From contig NC_043007.1 in NCBI RefSeq assembly GCF_006345805.1, forward strand, positions 38,564,001 to 38,628,000: DNA of 64,000 nucleotides, read 5' to 3'. Both the position numbers and the translations under genes were made by a program. This DNA is from Octopus sinensis (taxonomy: Eukaryota). The notes beneath the pieces were generated by a model. That model ran no database searches, was not told where the DNA came from, and worked only from the letters and a program-made list of their open reading frames with translations. Positions 20,959 through 32,572 of this stretch are shown piece after piece; within the stretch, counting starts at the first letter, position 1; each line of letters begins with the position of its first letter.

Positions 20959-23900
20959 ATGATATCTGGCAAATGCAAGCTTTCTTTTCAGGTACATAAC
21001 ACTGCTGTCCCTCATCCCAGGGTCTCAGAGGCCCACACCTCCCACACCCTCAGGGTGGGCACCCTCAACGTTGGCACATTGAAAGGTAGGTCTGGCGAGA
21101 TAGTCGAGATGCTTGAACGGAGACGTGTTGATGTATGTTGTATGCAAGAAATAAGGTGGAGAGGAGGATCTGCTAGGGTCCTCACAGGCAAGGAACACAG
21201 GTACAAGATTTTCTGGGCAGGGAACACTGACGGGGTTGGTGGCGTGGGTATACTTATCGCTGAGAAATGGATAGATAGAGTAATTGAGGTAATCAGAGTA
21301 AGTGACAGAATACTTAAGATTAGAATAGTGCTTCATAATAGATTAGCAACCATTATATCGGCCTATGCCCCTCAGCCAGGGCTACCCGATGGACAGAAAG
21401 ACAGTTTCTATGACACCCTACTGCAGACCACCTCATCGACGAACGACAGGGACCTTCTCTTTGTGGCTGGTGATTTCAATGGGCATGTTGGACGACATGC
21501 TGGGGGCTTCCATGGCGTACATGGAGGCTACGGTTATGGTTCCCGCAACGAGGAGGGAACCAGGCTGCTGGAGTTCTGCGATGCGAATAGTCTTATGGTC
21601 TGCAACACTAACTTCAGGAAACCAACAAGCCACCTGGTCACCTACCGATCGGGCCGGCATACTAGCCAAATCGACTACATCCTTGCCAGAAAAAGGGAAA
21701 GATGGCTGCTTATAAATGCCAAAACCTTCCCAGGCGAAGAATGCACCCCACAACATAGACTGGTAGTTAGTGACTTTAGGATCAGGACTAAGAGGGCGAC
21801 TAGAAGACGACCAACATGGAGAAGAAGGGTCTGGAAGCTTAAAGCCCCTGCGAATGGACAGAGATTTAGAGATATGTTACTTGAAGCCTTTGACGAAGTG
21901 GAAGGGGGTATAGCTACACATGGGGTAGAAGACAACTGGACGTTTCTGAGGGACAACCTGCTGAAAGCCGCTGACCAGATCTGTGGCTGGTGCAAAGTCC
22001 CCTTAAGACCCAAAATAACGTGGTGGTGGAACAATATTGTTGACAGGGCTATTAGACAAAAGAAACAGGCTTGGAAGGCCTGGAAGAACGGTGGTAGCAG
22101 GGAAGGGTATCAGACTGCCAGAAGGGAAGCTAGGAGACAGGTCTATCTAGCCAGAGGGGAAGCAGATAAGAGAAAATTTGCCAATGTCCTGCGCCGTGAG
22201 GATGAAAGACTTGAGGTATTTCGTGTTGCAAGACAGTGTGTGAGAGAGAATCGTGATGTGGTAGGAGAGAAATGTGTTCGCATGGAGGATGGTTCACTTG
22301 CGCTAAATGAGGATGCAAAGAGAGAAGCTTGGAGACGCCACTATGAAAGGTTACTGAATGAGGAAAATGAATGGGATAAAGAGAGTCTGCCGAATGTTGA
22401 CCCTACAGAGGGACCAGCTATCCGAGTTGATAGTTCCGTGGTAGCTAAGGCAATTAGAAGCATGAAGACAGGGAAAGCCCCAGGCCCATCAGGAATTACT
22501 GCAGAGATGCTCAAAATATCTGGCAGTGTCGGCTATAACCTAGTCACCCGTATAGTCAACCAGGTGATACACGAAGGAGTCATACCCAATGACTGGTGCA
22601 GCAGCATACTAGTCAACTGCTACAAAGGTAAAGGTGATGCCCTAGATACAAATAATTACAGAGGTATCAAGCTGTTGGATCAAGTAATGAAGGTTACGGA
22701 GAGGGTCATAGCCCAACTAATTAGAGAGAGAGTTAGTTTAGATGAGATGCAGTTTGGGTTCGTGCCAGGGAAAAGTACCACTGATGCTATATTCCTGGTA
22801 AGGCAGCTGCAGGAGAAATACCTAGCCAAAGATAAGCCCCTGTACCTGGCTTTCGTTGACATGGAGAAAGCTTTTGATAGGGTCCCCCGATCCCTTATCT
22901 GGTGGTCAATGAGGAAACTAGGGATAGATGAATGGCTGGTGAGGACTGTGCAAGCCATGTACAGAGATGCCGTAAGTAAGGTTATGGTTGGCAACATGTA
23001 CACAGAAGAATTCAAAGTAGAGGTTGGGGTCCACCAGGGTTCAGTACTCAGCCCCCTCCTATTTATCATAGTACTCCAGGCAATTACGGAGGAATTCAAG
23101 ACAGGCTGTCCCTGGGAGCTCCTCTACGCTGACGACCTTGCTCTTATTGCTGAGTCACTATCAGAACTGGAGGAGAAGTTCCAGGTGTGGAAGGAGGGTT
23201 TAGAATCAAGGGGCCTTAGAGTCAACCTAGCTAAAACCAAAGTACTAATAAGTAGAAAGGTAGACAATCCACAAATATCTTCAGGAAGATGGCCCTGCTC
23301 GATCTGTAGAAAAGGTGTAGGTAGAAACTCTATAAGATGTACCCAGTGTAAGCTATGGACACATAAGAGGTGCAGCAATGTCAAAGGTAGGCTAACTGGG
23401 AAGATAGTTTTTGTATGTGGCAGATGCTCGGGAGCATTAACCTCCGAAAATCTGCAGAAAACAACTTCCGTCACTTTCCAGGGGGAAAAACTAGAAGTAG
23501 TTGATAGCTTCCATTATCTAGGTGACCAAGTCAGTAGTGGGGGTGGGTGCGCTGAAAGTGTAACTGCTAGAATAAGAATAGCCTGGGCAAAGTTTAGGGA
23601 GCTCTTACCTCTGCTGGTGACTAAAGGCCTCTCGCTCAGAGTAAAAGGCAGACTGTATGATGCGTGTGTACGAACAGCCATGCTACATGGCAGCGAAACA
23701 TGGGCCGTGACTGCTGAGGACATGCGTAAGCTCGTGAGGAATGAAGCCAGTATGCTCCGATGGATGTGTAATGTCAGTGTACATACTCGACAGAGCGTTA
23801 GCACCTTGAGAGAAATGTTGTACCTAAGAAGCATCAGTTGTGGTGTGCAAGAGAGACGATTGCGCTGGTATGGTCATGTGGCGAGAATGGATGAAGATAG

Positions 23901-24033
23901 GTGTGTGAGAAAGTGCCAATCCCTAGCAGTTGAGGGAACCCGTGGAAGAGGTAGACCCAGGAAAACCTGGGACGAGGTGGTGAAGCACGACCTTCGAACT
24001 TTAGGCCTCACTGAGGAAATGACCAGAGACTGA
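20959..24033 (+). CDS. RTE-clade LINE ORF: APE endonuclease, RT, inserted PHD finger (1024 aa)
   Basis: VGTLNVGTL, QEIRW, SAYAPQ, GDFNGHVG, IDYIL, QHRLVV (APE); NYRGIKLL, QFGF, DMEKAFDRVP, GVHQGSVLSPLLF, YADDL (RT); RLRWYGHVAR, GRPRKTW (RTE C-terminus). The TGA at 24031 is probably premature; the next stop is 24079-24081. The true start is uncertain. Confidence 0.95.
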   Translation: MISGKCKLSFQVHNTAVPHPRVSEAHTSHTLRVGTLNVGTLKGRSGEIVEMLERRRVDVCCMQEIRWRGGSARVLTGKEHRYKIFWAGNTDGVGGVGILIAEKWIDRVIEVIRVSDRILKIRIVLHNRLATIISAYAPQPGLPDGQKDSFYDTLLQTTSSTNDRDLLFVAGDFNGHVGRHAGGFHGVHGGYGYGSRNEEGTRLLEFCDANSLMVCNTNFRKPTSHLVTYRSGRHTSQIDYILARKRERWLLINAKTFPGEECTPQHRLVVSDFRIRTKRATRRRPTWRRRVWKLKAPANGQRFRDMLLEAFDEVEGGIATHGVEDNWTFLRDNLLKAADQICGWCKVPLRPKITWWWNNIVDRAIRQKKQAWKAWKNGGSREGYQTARREARRQVYLARGEADKRKFANVLRREDERLEVFRVARQCVRENRDVVGEKCVRMEDGSLALNEDAKREAWRRHYERLLNEENEWDKESLPNVDPTEGPAIRVDSSVVAKAIRSMKTGKAPGPSGITAEMLKISGSVGYNLVTRIVNQVIHEGVIPNDWCSSILVNCYKGKGDALDTNNYRGIKLLDQVMKVTERVIAQLIRERVSLDEMQFGFVPGKSTTDAIFLVRQLQEKYLAKDKPLYLAFVDMEKAFDRVPRSLIWWSMRKLGIDEWLVRTVQAMYRDAVSKVMVGNMYTEEFKVEVGVHQGSVLSPLLFIIVLQAITEEFKTGCPWELLYADDLALIAESLSELEEKFQVWKEGLESRGLRVNLAKTKVLISRKVDNPQISSGRWPCSICRKGVGRNSIRCTQCKLWTHKRCSNVKGRLTGKIVFVCGRCSGALTSENLQKTTSVTFQGEKLEVVDSFHYLGDQVSSGGGCAESVTARIRIAWAKFRELLPLLVTKGLSLRVKGRLYDACVRTAMLHGSETWAVTAEDMRKLVRNEASMLRWMCNVSVHTRQSVSTLREMLYLRSISCGVQERRLRWYGHVARMDEDRCVRKCQSLAVEGTRGRGRPRKTWDEVVKHDLRTLGLTEEMTRD

Positions 24034-24081
24034 GACCTTTGGAAATATTCTGTACGTGAGAAGACCAGGCAGGACAAGTGA

Positions 24082-24900
24082 GCCCAGCCCACTTATGAAT
24101 GCCTTTCCTCCCTTGGACACAAAGACCGGTTGAGGCAAGCGAAGTCGATATAGAACCTCATCCGACGACAGACACCCATGCCAACCCCCCATGCTTGCGA
24201 AGACATGTTGGGGCAAGCGAAATCGAAATCGAAACCGAATTGAACCAGCCAGGATCCCTGGCCTGGTGGTACGTAAAAAGCACTATCCGACTCGTGGCCG
24301 TGGCACGTAAAATACTCCAATGCGACCGTACGACAGGCACCCATGCCAACCCCCTTTGCTTGTGAAGACATGTTGGGGCAAGCGAATCGAAATCGAATTG
24401 AACCAGCCAGGATCCCTGGTCTGGTGGTACGTAAAAAGCACTATCCGACTCGTGGCCGTGGCACGTAAAATACTCCAATGCGACCGTACGACAGGCACCC
24501 ATGCCAACCCCCTTTGCTTGTGAAGACATGTTGGGGCAAGCGAAATCGAAATCGAATTGAACCAGCCAGGATCCTGGTCTGGTGGTACGTAAAAAGCACT
24601 ATCCGACTCGTGGCCGATGCCAGCACCGCCTCGACTGGCTTTCGTGCCGGTGGCACATAAAATACACCAATCTGACCGTGGCCGTTGCCAGCCCCGCCTG
24701 GCACCTGTGCAGGTGGCACGTAAAAAGCACCCACTACACTCACGGAGTGGTTGGCGTTAGGAAGGGCATCCAGCTGTAGAAACATTGCCAGATTAGACTG
24801 GAGCCTGGTGCAGCCTTCTGGCTTCCCAGAACCCCGGTCGAACCGTCCAACCCATGCTAGCATGGAGAACGGACGTTAAACGACGATGATGATGATGATG
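24082..24900 (+). mobile_element. RTE 3' UTR ending in (GAT)n tail
   Basis: Follows the ORF and ends ...catgctagcatggagaacggacgttaaacgacgatgatgatgatgatga; same 3' end as many short copies in the window. Confidence 0.85.
24176..24615 (+). repeat. ~160-bp tandem repeat in the RTE 3' UTR (2.7 copies)
   Basis: cccatgccaacccc at ~24176, ~24340 and ~24498. Confidence 0.92.
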
Positions 24901-25129
24901 AACACAAACATTCCGTAATTTAATAGTTTTTAATGTGATGCCTGTTAAACAGAAATTATTTTTGTTTAATGAAAATTTAATAAAATCTAATCATAAGTAA
25001 GTGAAGTTATGCTAAATACAACTAAATTGGAAACCTTTTCCCTCTGGCCATATCGGCAATTCTGAAAACTTTTGGGTGCGAATTTTACATGAGTAGAAGC
25101 TGGCAGAAACTGGCAAGATGGTAGAAACT

Positions 25130-25360
25130 GGCAAGATGGCAGAAACGTTAGCACACTGGGCAAAGTGCTTAGCAGTATTTCGTCTGCCATTACACTCTGA
25201 GTTCAAATTCCGCCAAGGTCGACTTTGCCTTTCATCCTTTCAGGGTCGATAAATTAAGGACAAGTTACACACTGGGGTCGATGTAATCGACTTGATCCGT
25301 TTGTCTGTCCTTGTTTGTCCCCTCTGTGTTTAGCCCCTTGTGGGCAATAAAGAAATAAGA
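25130..25360 (+). mobile_element. SINE family A
   Basis: ctggcagaaacgttagcac...gagttcaaattccgccaaggtcgactttgcctttcatcc...gtaaagaaataag; short internal duplications at the head. Confidence 0.85.
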
Positions 25361-25689
25361 AGCTTCTTTTAATAAATGTTATCCTGAAAATCACCTGTGT
25401 AAATTACACATGTGCACAAATTACATGGGTTTTTAAGACATTTAGTGAGGAGAGCGAGGTAAAGACCAAGATTTCTGAAGGCCTGTTTGGGACAAGTAAG
25501 ACTGGTGCAGAGGCATAGAAAGATAGGAAGCAAGAGAATAAGAGATCAGTCACCACTGGACACAGGCATGAAGTGGCTCAAAATTTCCTCTGGACTATTA
25601 TGCTTGTTAATTACAATGGGGGCCCCAAATGTGTTTTGTTCCTGAGGGTGCTGAGAAGAACCTTATTATGCAGTTAATTATAGCATCCA

Positions 25690-25910
25690 CCAAGGCAGTG
25701 AGCTGGCAGAATTGTTAACACACCAGCCTAAATACTTAGCAGTATTTCATCCGTCTCTACATTCTGAGTTCAAATTCCTCCAAGGTCAACTTTGCCTCTC
25801 ATCCTTTCAGGGTCAATAAAATAAATATCAGTTGAACCCTAGGATCAATGTAATCAACTTAAACCCTACCCTGAACTTGCTGGCCTTGTGCTAAAATTTG
25901 AAACCAACTA
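25690..25910 (+). mobile_element. SINE family A (alternative 3' end)
   Basis: Same head and core; ends ctggccttgtgctaaaatttgaaacc. Confidence 0.8.
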
Positions 25911-26632
25911 TAGCACTCACCATAAACAACACTATGTTGCTATTTAAATATGCTAAAAATATGTCTTGAAGACAGATATTTACATAATTGTGGAGGGAAA
26001 GATAAATATTTTTGTGAGCTGGGACAAAATTAATGGGGAAAAAAAATCTCATCTCAGTCTTCTGTTAAGATGAACCTCTAAATAGTTACAAATAACAGCC
26101 AAATTTGAGTTATTACAAATATCAACCAAATCTCCCTCAAATTACACTACACTGTCTTATATAATGAAAGGACTCGTTAAATAATGTAGACCTATATCCT
26201 CTTTGAAAGACAGGATAGTTATAACTGTAATACTTTGATCATAGATTTATTTGTTAGATGAAAATTCCCCAGAAGCTACAAAACAACAACAATAGACATT
26301 ATTTGTTATTTTTGAAATCCAGCTAGTTATTATCTTGTATTTATTATTGCTACAAATACCGGCTCAATGTCCCTCAAATCACACCCTGAAACAATAATTC
26401 CCAAACTTTTCACTACCAAGGACCTCCCCATCATCTTTTTATCGAAATATATTTTCCCATGCACCTCAGATTTTTTAAAGATATATGTACTTCACAAATT
26501 TCAAAATCAACTCACATGATCCCTTCCTTACCAGTAGTATATTTTTTTATGAATCCTCAAGGGTCTGCACTACCCAGGCTGGGCATTGCTGTCCTACCAT
26601 TTAAAAAACATAAAGTAAAAAAAAAACAAATA

Positions 26633-26803
26633 GGCGCAGGATTGGCTGTGTGGTAAGTAGCTTGCTAACTAACCACATGGTTCCGGGTTCAGTCCCACTG
26701 CGTGGCATCTTGGGCAAGTGTCTTCTGCTATAGCCCCGGGCCGACCAATGCCTTGTGAATGAATTTGGTAGACGGAAACTGAAAGAAGCCTGTCGTATAT
26801 ATG

Positions 26804-26840
<37 letters not shown>

Positions 26841-27045
26841 TTGTGTGTCTGTGTTGTTCCCGTAGCATTGCTTGACAACCGATGCTGGTGTGTTTACGTC
26901 CCCGTCACTTAGCGGTTCGGCAAAAAGAGACCGATAGAATAAGTAGTGGGCTTACAAAAAGAATAAGTCCCGGGGTCGAGTTGCTCGATTTAAAAGGCGG
27001 TGCTCCAGCATGGCCGCAGTCGAATGACTGAAACAAGTAAAAGAG
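26633..27045 (+). mobile_element. tRNA-derived SINE, family B
   Basis: A-box-like GGCTGTGTGGTAAG, B-box-like GGTTCAGTCCC, internal (TA)n(TG)n, ends gactgaaacaagtaaaagag. Confidence 0.85.
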
Positions 27046-27547
27046 AGAAATAAGCCATCAGATTGGATATTGTAATCCTAGGCATAAGTATTTCTGAAAA
27101 AAAAAACAAACAAGAAAAGGAAAAAGAGGATTGTCACACCCATAATTTATTTGTTTTTATAAGTCATTTTGGATCGTGACTGACCTTGGAGTAAACAACA
27201 AACAACTTTTATTCTCTTTCATACGTAAATCTCTTCAATGAGAGGGTCACCAGAAGTTTGTAGTCACTCCACTTAAGATAGTTGTGTACATGTGTATGTG
27301 CATGTGTGTGTGCATGTGTATGCATACGTGTGTGTGAGCATGTGTGTGTGTGTGTATGTGAACGTATGTATGCGTGTGGTGTGTGTGTGTGTGTGTCTAC
27401 GTAAATGCGTGTGTATGACAATTAGGTAATTTCTTTTGTCCTGTTTTCCGATGTGTTTTTATTTCAATGTCATGTTTCATGCCATTGATAATCATTAGTA
27501 ACATAAGTTGTAGTTAATTGCTTTCCTCTCTCTCTCTCTCTCCTCTA

Positions 27548-27583
<36 letters not shown>

Positions 27584-27757
27584 TATCATCATTATCATCA
27601 TCATCATTATCATCATCATCATCATCATTATCATCATCATCATCATCATCATTATCATCATCACCACCACCACCACCATCACCACCACCATCATCATCAT
27701 CATCATCATCATCACCACCACCACCACCACCATCACCACCACCACCACCACCACCAC

Positions 27758-27792
<35 letters not shown>

Positions 27793-27794
27793 CC

Positions 27795-27828
<34 letters not shown>

Positions 27829-27964
27829 TCACCACCACCACCACCATCATCACCACCACCACCACCACCATCACCATCATTATCATCATCATCATCACCA
27901 CCACCACCACCACCACAACCACCACCACCACCATCATCACCACCACCACCACCACCATCACCAC

Positions 27965-28012
<48 letters not shown>
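27548..28012. repeat. Compound (CAT)n/(CAC)n/(TAT) microsatellite, ~465 bp
   Basis: Read directly; abuts an RTE-tail remnant (aacatccatgttccatgctgg) at 28013. Confidence 0.97.
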
Positions 28013-28294
28013 AACATCCATGTTCCATGCTGGAATAGGTTGTTGGATGGTTTGACAAGATTTAATGAATACCAGTGTCTGCTCTGGCATGGTTTCTATA
28101 GCTGGATGCCCTTCTTATGTTTTGTTTCTAAGAAATGTTTTTGTTTTTTGCTTCCTTTGTTTTTTTTTTCCCCTCTGTCTTCATCTAAGATATGAAACAC
28201 ATATGCATATCCAAAATATTAGTAAGTTCTTTCTTTTTTCTGTCTTTCTTTTCCTCCTCCTAATTATTATCATTATTATCATTATTATTATTAA

Positions 28295-30050
28295 GAAGGC
28301 AATGAGATGGCTGAATCATCAGCACACTAGGCAAAATGCTTAGCAGCATTTGTCCATCTGCACATTCTGAGTTCAAATTCTGCTGAAGCTGACTTTGCCT
28401 GTCTTCCTTTCGGGGCTAATAAATTAAGTACCCTGTGAAACACTGGGGTTGATGTAATCAACTAGTCCCTTCCCCCAAAATTTCAGGCCTTGTGCCTTTA
28501 GTAAAAAGGATTATTATTATTGTTATTACTAAGGCAATGAGCTGGCAGAATTGTTAGCACACCAGGCAAAATGCTTAGCGGCATTTCGCTTTCTTTATTT
28601 CTGAGTTCAAATTCCACTGAGGTCAACCTTGCCTTTCATCCTTTCAGGGTCACTAAGTTAAGTACCAGTGAAACACTGGGGTCGATGAAATCAACTATCC
28701 CCTCCCCCAAATATCAGGCCTTGTGCCTATAGTAGAAAGGATTATTATTATCCTTACCTATTTCTTTATTACCCACAAGGGGCTAAACACAGAGCGGACA
28801 AACAAGGACAGACATAGGTATTAAGTCGATTATATTGATCCCCAGTGCGTAACTGGTACTTAATTTATCGACCCCGAAAGGATGAAAGGCAAAGTCGACC
28901 TCAGCGGAATTTGAACTCACAACGTAACGCAGACGAAATACCGCTAAGCATTTCGCCCGGCGTGCTAACGTTTCTGTCAGCTCGCCGCCTGATTATTATT
29001 ATTATCCTTACCATTAAAATTATCATCAGGGCTGTGAGCTAATCAATAAGATGCCAGACAAAATGCTAAGCAGCCTTTCTTCTGGCTTACATTCTGAGTT
29101 CAAATTTTGCCAAGGTTTAATTTACCTTTCATCCTTTCAGTATCAATAAAATAAGTACCAGTTGATCACTGGAATCAGTGTAATTACTAGACCTCTCCCC
29201 CTCTGGCCAAGCTGTCATCAGTTCTCTTCAAATATCATTTGAAGATGAAGGTGAGGATAGAGAGGGAGGCACTACCTTCTACCGTGCTCATAAAAGGTGG
29301 CTGAGAGTGGCAAGACTTGTGAGGCTGAATGGATCTACTCTGAGTATGCTTTTCTAATTAAGAGGAAAGAAACTAGAAAATGACACTTCCCATGCCTCGG
29401 GGATGTCAGAGTAATCCAGAAATTTTTGTGTAGGGTTTACCCCAAATTACCCTAAGTGGACTACCTCACTATTGGAGTTTCTATTCATTTATTAATTATT
29501 TATTTTTATTTGTACTTTTATTCCCTTTTTTGTTATATCTTTATTATTGTAGCATTTCCCTACCTGTTTATATGTTGTAATTTGTCCTTTGATATTGTTT
29601 TCCATGTCTTAGGCTCTTGGGGACAATAAAAGAAATCATTATTATGATTATTAGCAAGGCAGCGAGCTGGCAGAAATCTTAGCAGGCTGGGCGAAATGCT
29701 TAGCAGTCTTTATGTTCTGAGTTCAAATTCCATCAAGGTCAACTTTGCCTTTCATCCTTTTGGGGCTGATTAACTAAGTACCAGTTATGTACTGGGGTCA
29801 ATCTAATTGACTGGCCCCCTCCCCCAAAGTTTCGGGCCTTGTGCCTAGAGTAGAAAAGAATTGTTAGCATGCTGGGCAAAATGCTCAGTGGTATTTTGTC
29901 TGTCTTTACATTCTGAATTAAATTTTGTTGAGGTTGCCTTTTTATCCCTTCAGGATTGATAAATTAAGTACCAGTGAAACACTAGGGATGATGTAATTGA
30001 CTAGTCCCCTCCCACCAAATTCCAGGCCTTATGCCTTTAGTAGAAATGAT
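28295..30050. mobile_element. Cluster of about 6-7 family A SINE copies
   Basis: Core GAGTTCAAATT..CCTTTCATCC recurs near 28370, 28600, 28910 (minus), 29095, 29720 and 29915. Confidence 0.85.
29225..29640 (+). mobile_element. Possible 3' end of an L1/Tx1-like LINE
   Basis: Short frame FYRAHKRWLRVARLVRLNGSTL, then T-rich UTR and AATAAA near 29626; the assignment rests on weak resemblance. Confidence 0.35.
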
Positions 30051-30457
30051 TATTATTATCATTATTATTATTATTATTATTATTACTTTTAGTCTGCATG
30101 TTTGTTACAATCACTCACCGGGATACATCCAGCATCCTAGGATGAGTGAAGGATAAGAGATGTTACAATATGACTGAAAGCTTGGGGAGGGAGAGTGGCA
30201 GGGGCATTAGTAAAATATCTTCATGTAATACAACACAGACATTTAAATTAATAGGGTTTTTCTAAGGATGTGGGCAGTACTTGTCAGCACAATCTTTTGT
30301 ATTTCTCTGAGACATGGTTCTCCTGGGATCTTATCTAGATGTTTCTAACATCCCTTTCTTATCATACCTAGGGCACCTACAATGACACGAACAGTTCTTG
30401 CTTTAAGATGCCACATCTTTTGTATTTCAATTTCCAAGTCCTTATATTTACTTATTA

Positions 30458-30519
<62 letters not shown>

Positions 30520-30521
<2 letters not shown>

Positions 30522-31150
30522 TTTAACATCCATTTTCCATGCTAGCATGGGTAAGGTGGTTTGACTGGGGCTGGTAAGCTGGAGAGCTGAACTGGGTTCC
30601 AGTCTATTTTGGCTTGGTTTCTATGGCTGGATGCCCTTCCTAATGCTAACCACTCTACAAAGTGTACCGGGTGCCTTTTATATGTCACCAGCACTGGCCA
30701 TGACTACAATTTCACTTAACTTGATGTGTCTTCTAAAGCAAAGCAAAGCAAATCACCAAGGTCTCAGTTACTTGTCATTGCTTCTGTGAGACTCAACATC
30801 TGAAGATCACACTTCACCACCTTATCCCATATCTTCCTAGGTCTGTCTCTTCCACAGGTTCCCATCAAAGTTAGAGATCAGCACTTCTTTACACAACTGT
30901 CTTTGTCCATGCACATAACATGACCATACCAGCTTCGTCTTCCCTCTTGCACATTACGTTATTATTGAGCAGGAGAGTAGCACATGCCATCAAAGTGACA
31001 CTGGGGTACAAATATATGAAGCCCAATATACCCATCATGACTACCTGTCTGATAAGGATATACAAGGATACACTAGGCACATGCATCACAGCCATATGTG
31101 CACAACATGATGATCCCATATCAAAATAAACAGTACATGACCTTGTAGAT
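30520..31150 (-). mobile_element. RTE 3' fragment (ORF end plus UTR)
   Basis: Minus strand reads GTCGRDRPRKIWDKVVK; tail catttaacatccattttccatgctagcatggg next to (ATT)n. Confidence 0.7.
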
Positions 31151-31520
31151 GGGGCCCAGTTAGAATTTTCTTCCAGCCAAGTAGCCCATCCCGCTCAAAA
31201 GGTCCCTGAATAAGGGTTGTTTAAGAATGTTGAATGAAACACCCATGTTTCCTAGAGGTGAATTATTCAAACCCCAAAGAATCCTCTCAACACATGGCTA
31301 TGATACTCCCCACTACTTCTGTTCATGATCAAAGATGCACATATCATCAACTACCAAGGGACATGCTCAACTGGTTAAGGTCAAACAACTGACAAGCAAA
31401 TCTGTGGTATTGAGCAGAATATTTGCTGTAGCCCATCTTTTATACCAAGTCAAACAATGTACATGATAACACTTCCAATCAGTTAAGATCAAAAGCCATG
31501 AGAGCCACTGCCTGGTACTT
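31130..31520 (-). mobile_element. Unclassified interspersed repeat, second copy at 63380-63685
   Basis: gagagccactgcctggt, gcaaatctgtggtattgagcagaatatttgctgtagcccatc and ggtgaattattcaaaccccaaagaatcc occur in reverse complement at 63390-63660. Confidence 0.8.
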
Positions 31521-31729
31521 ATCATCATCCACCTGCCACCTTTTCTTTTTTTAACCTTTGTATGCTATGCATATGTCACTTCTTTTTCAGTGTGTACCTA
31601 CTTTCTTTTTTTTATCATTTCATTATATGTAAACCCCCACACTTTATGTCTCTCTCTGTATTGTCTCCCTCATCCTTCGCCCTTGTGGCAAATAAATGAA
31701 ATCATTATTATTGTCACTATTATTGTTAA

Positions 31730-32330
31730 GGTGGCGAGCTGGCAGAATCCTTAGTATGCTGGACAAATGCTTAGTGGCATTTCATCCGTATTTATGTTCT
31801 GAGTTCAAATTCTGCCGAGGTCGACTTTGCCTTTCATCCTTTCGGGGTCGATAAATTAAGTACCAGTTACACACTGGGGTCGATATGATCGACTTAATCC
31901 GTTTGTCTATCCTTGTTTGTCCCCTCTGTGTTTAGCCCCTTGTAGGTAATAAAGAAATAGGTATTTTGTCTGTCACTACATTTTGAGTTCAAATTCTGCT
32001 GAAGTTGACTTTGCTTTCATCCTTTTGGGGTCAATAAATTAATTACTACTGAAACACTCCGATTGATGTAATCGACTCAGCCCCTCCCCCAAAACGGCTA
32101 CCCTTCTGGCAAAATTTAAAACCATTAAAAGCAGTAAGCTGACAGAATTGTTAGCACACTGGATGAAATGCTTAGCGGTATTTTGCCAGTTGCTATATTC
32201 TGAGTTCAAATTCCGTTGAAGTTGACTTTGCCTTTCATCCTTTTTGGCGGTGATGAAATAATTACTGGAGTCAATGTAATCAATTTATCTCTCCCCTGAA
32301 ATTGCTAGCCTTGTGCCAAAATTTGAAATC
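31730..32330 (+). mobile_element. Three head-to-tail family A SINE copies
   Basis: Core recurs near 31800, 31985 and 32200. Confidence 0.85.
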
Positions 32331-32349
32331 TTAATTATTATCATTATCA

Positions 32350-32572
32350 TTAACACCAAAAATTATTTATATCAAAAAGGTGCCTTTTTTCTATGAAAAT
32401 CCCTATTTTTACCATTTTTTTACTGCTGTGTCGCCATTTTTGGTGTATTTCAACCAGAAAAATGTTCACTTAAAGAAAATAACAAGCTACATAATGCAAA
32501 ATATTTACTTTTCAAAAATTCCAATTCTAAAGGGTTGAAACAAACCTGAGCAACGCTGGGCGATACTGCTAG
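32350..32572 (+). mobile_element. Helitron 3' end
   Basis: cctgagcaacgctggg hairpin, then cgatactg-CTAG|T; nearly identical to the end of 49424-49937. The 5' boundary was not found. Confidence 0.65.

Noticed and set aside
20800-20960. HDV-like ribozyme at the RTE 5' end, as known for some RTE elements
   Set aside because: I could not build the nested double pseudoknot by eye; the copy may be 5'-truncated. An RNAMotif search would settle it.
24176-24615. CRISPR-like repeat array (also 20330-20805 and 40700-40860)
   Set aside because: Units repeat in full with no unique spacers, there are no cas genes, and the context is eukaryotic.
26385-26592. hAT-like MITE
   Set aside because: The ends resemble Charlie TIRs but no 8-bp TSD could be matched.
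27495-28195. Poly-His, poly-Asp/Gly and poly-Met/Val ORFs
   Set aside because: Translations of a stop-free triplet microsatellite; the same holds for 33266-33891.
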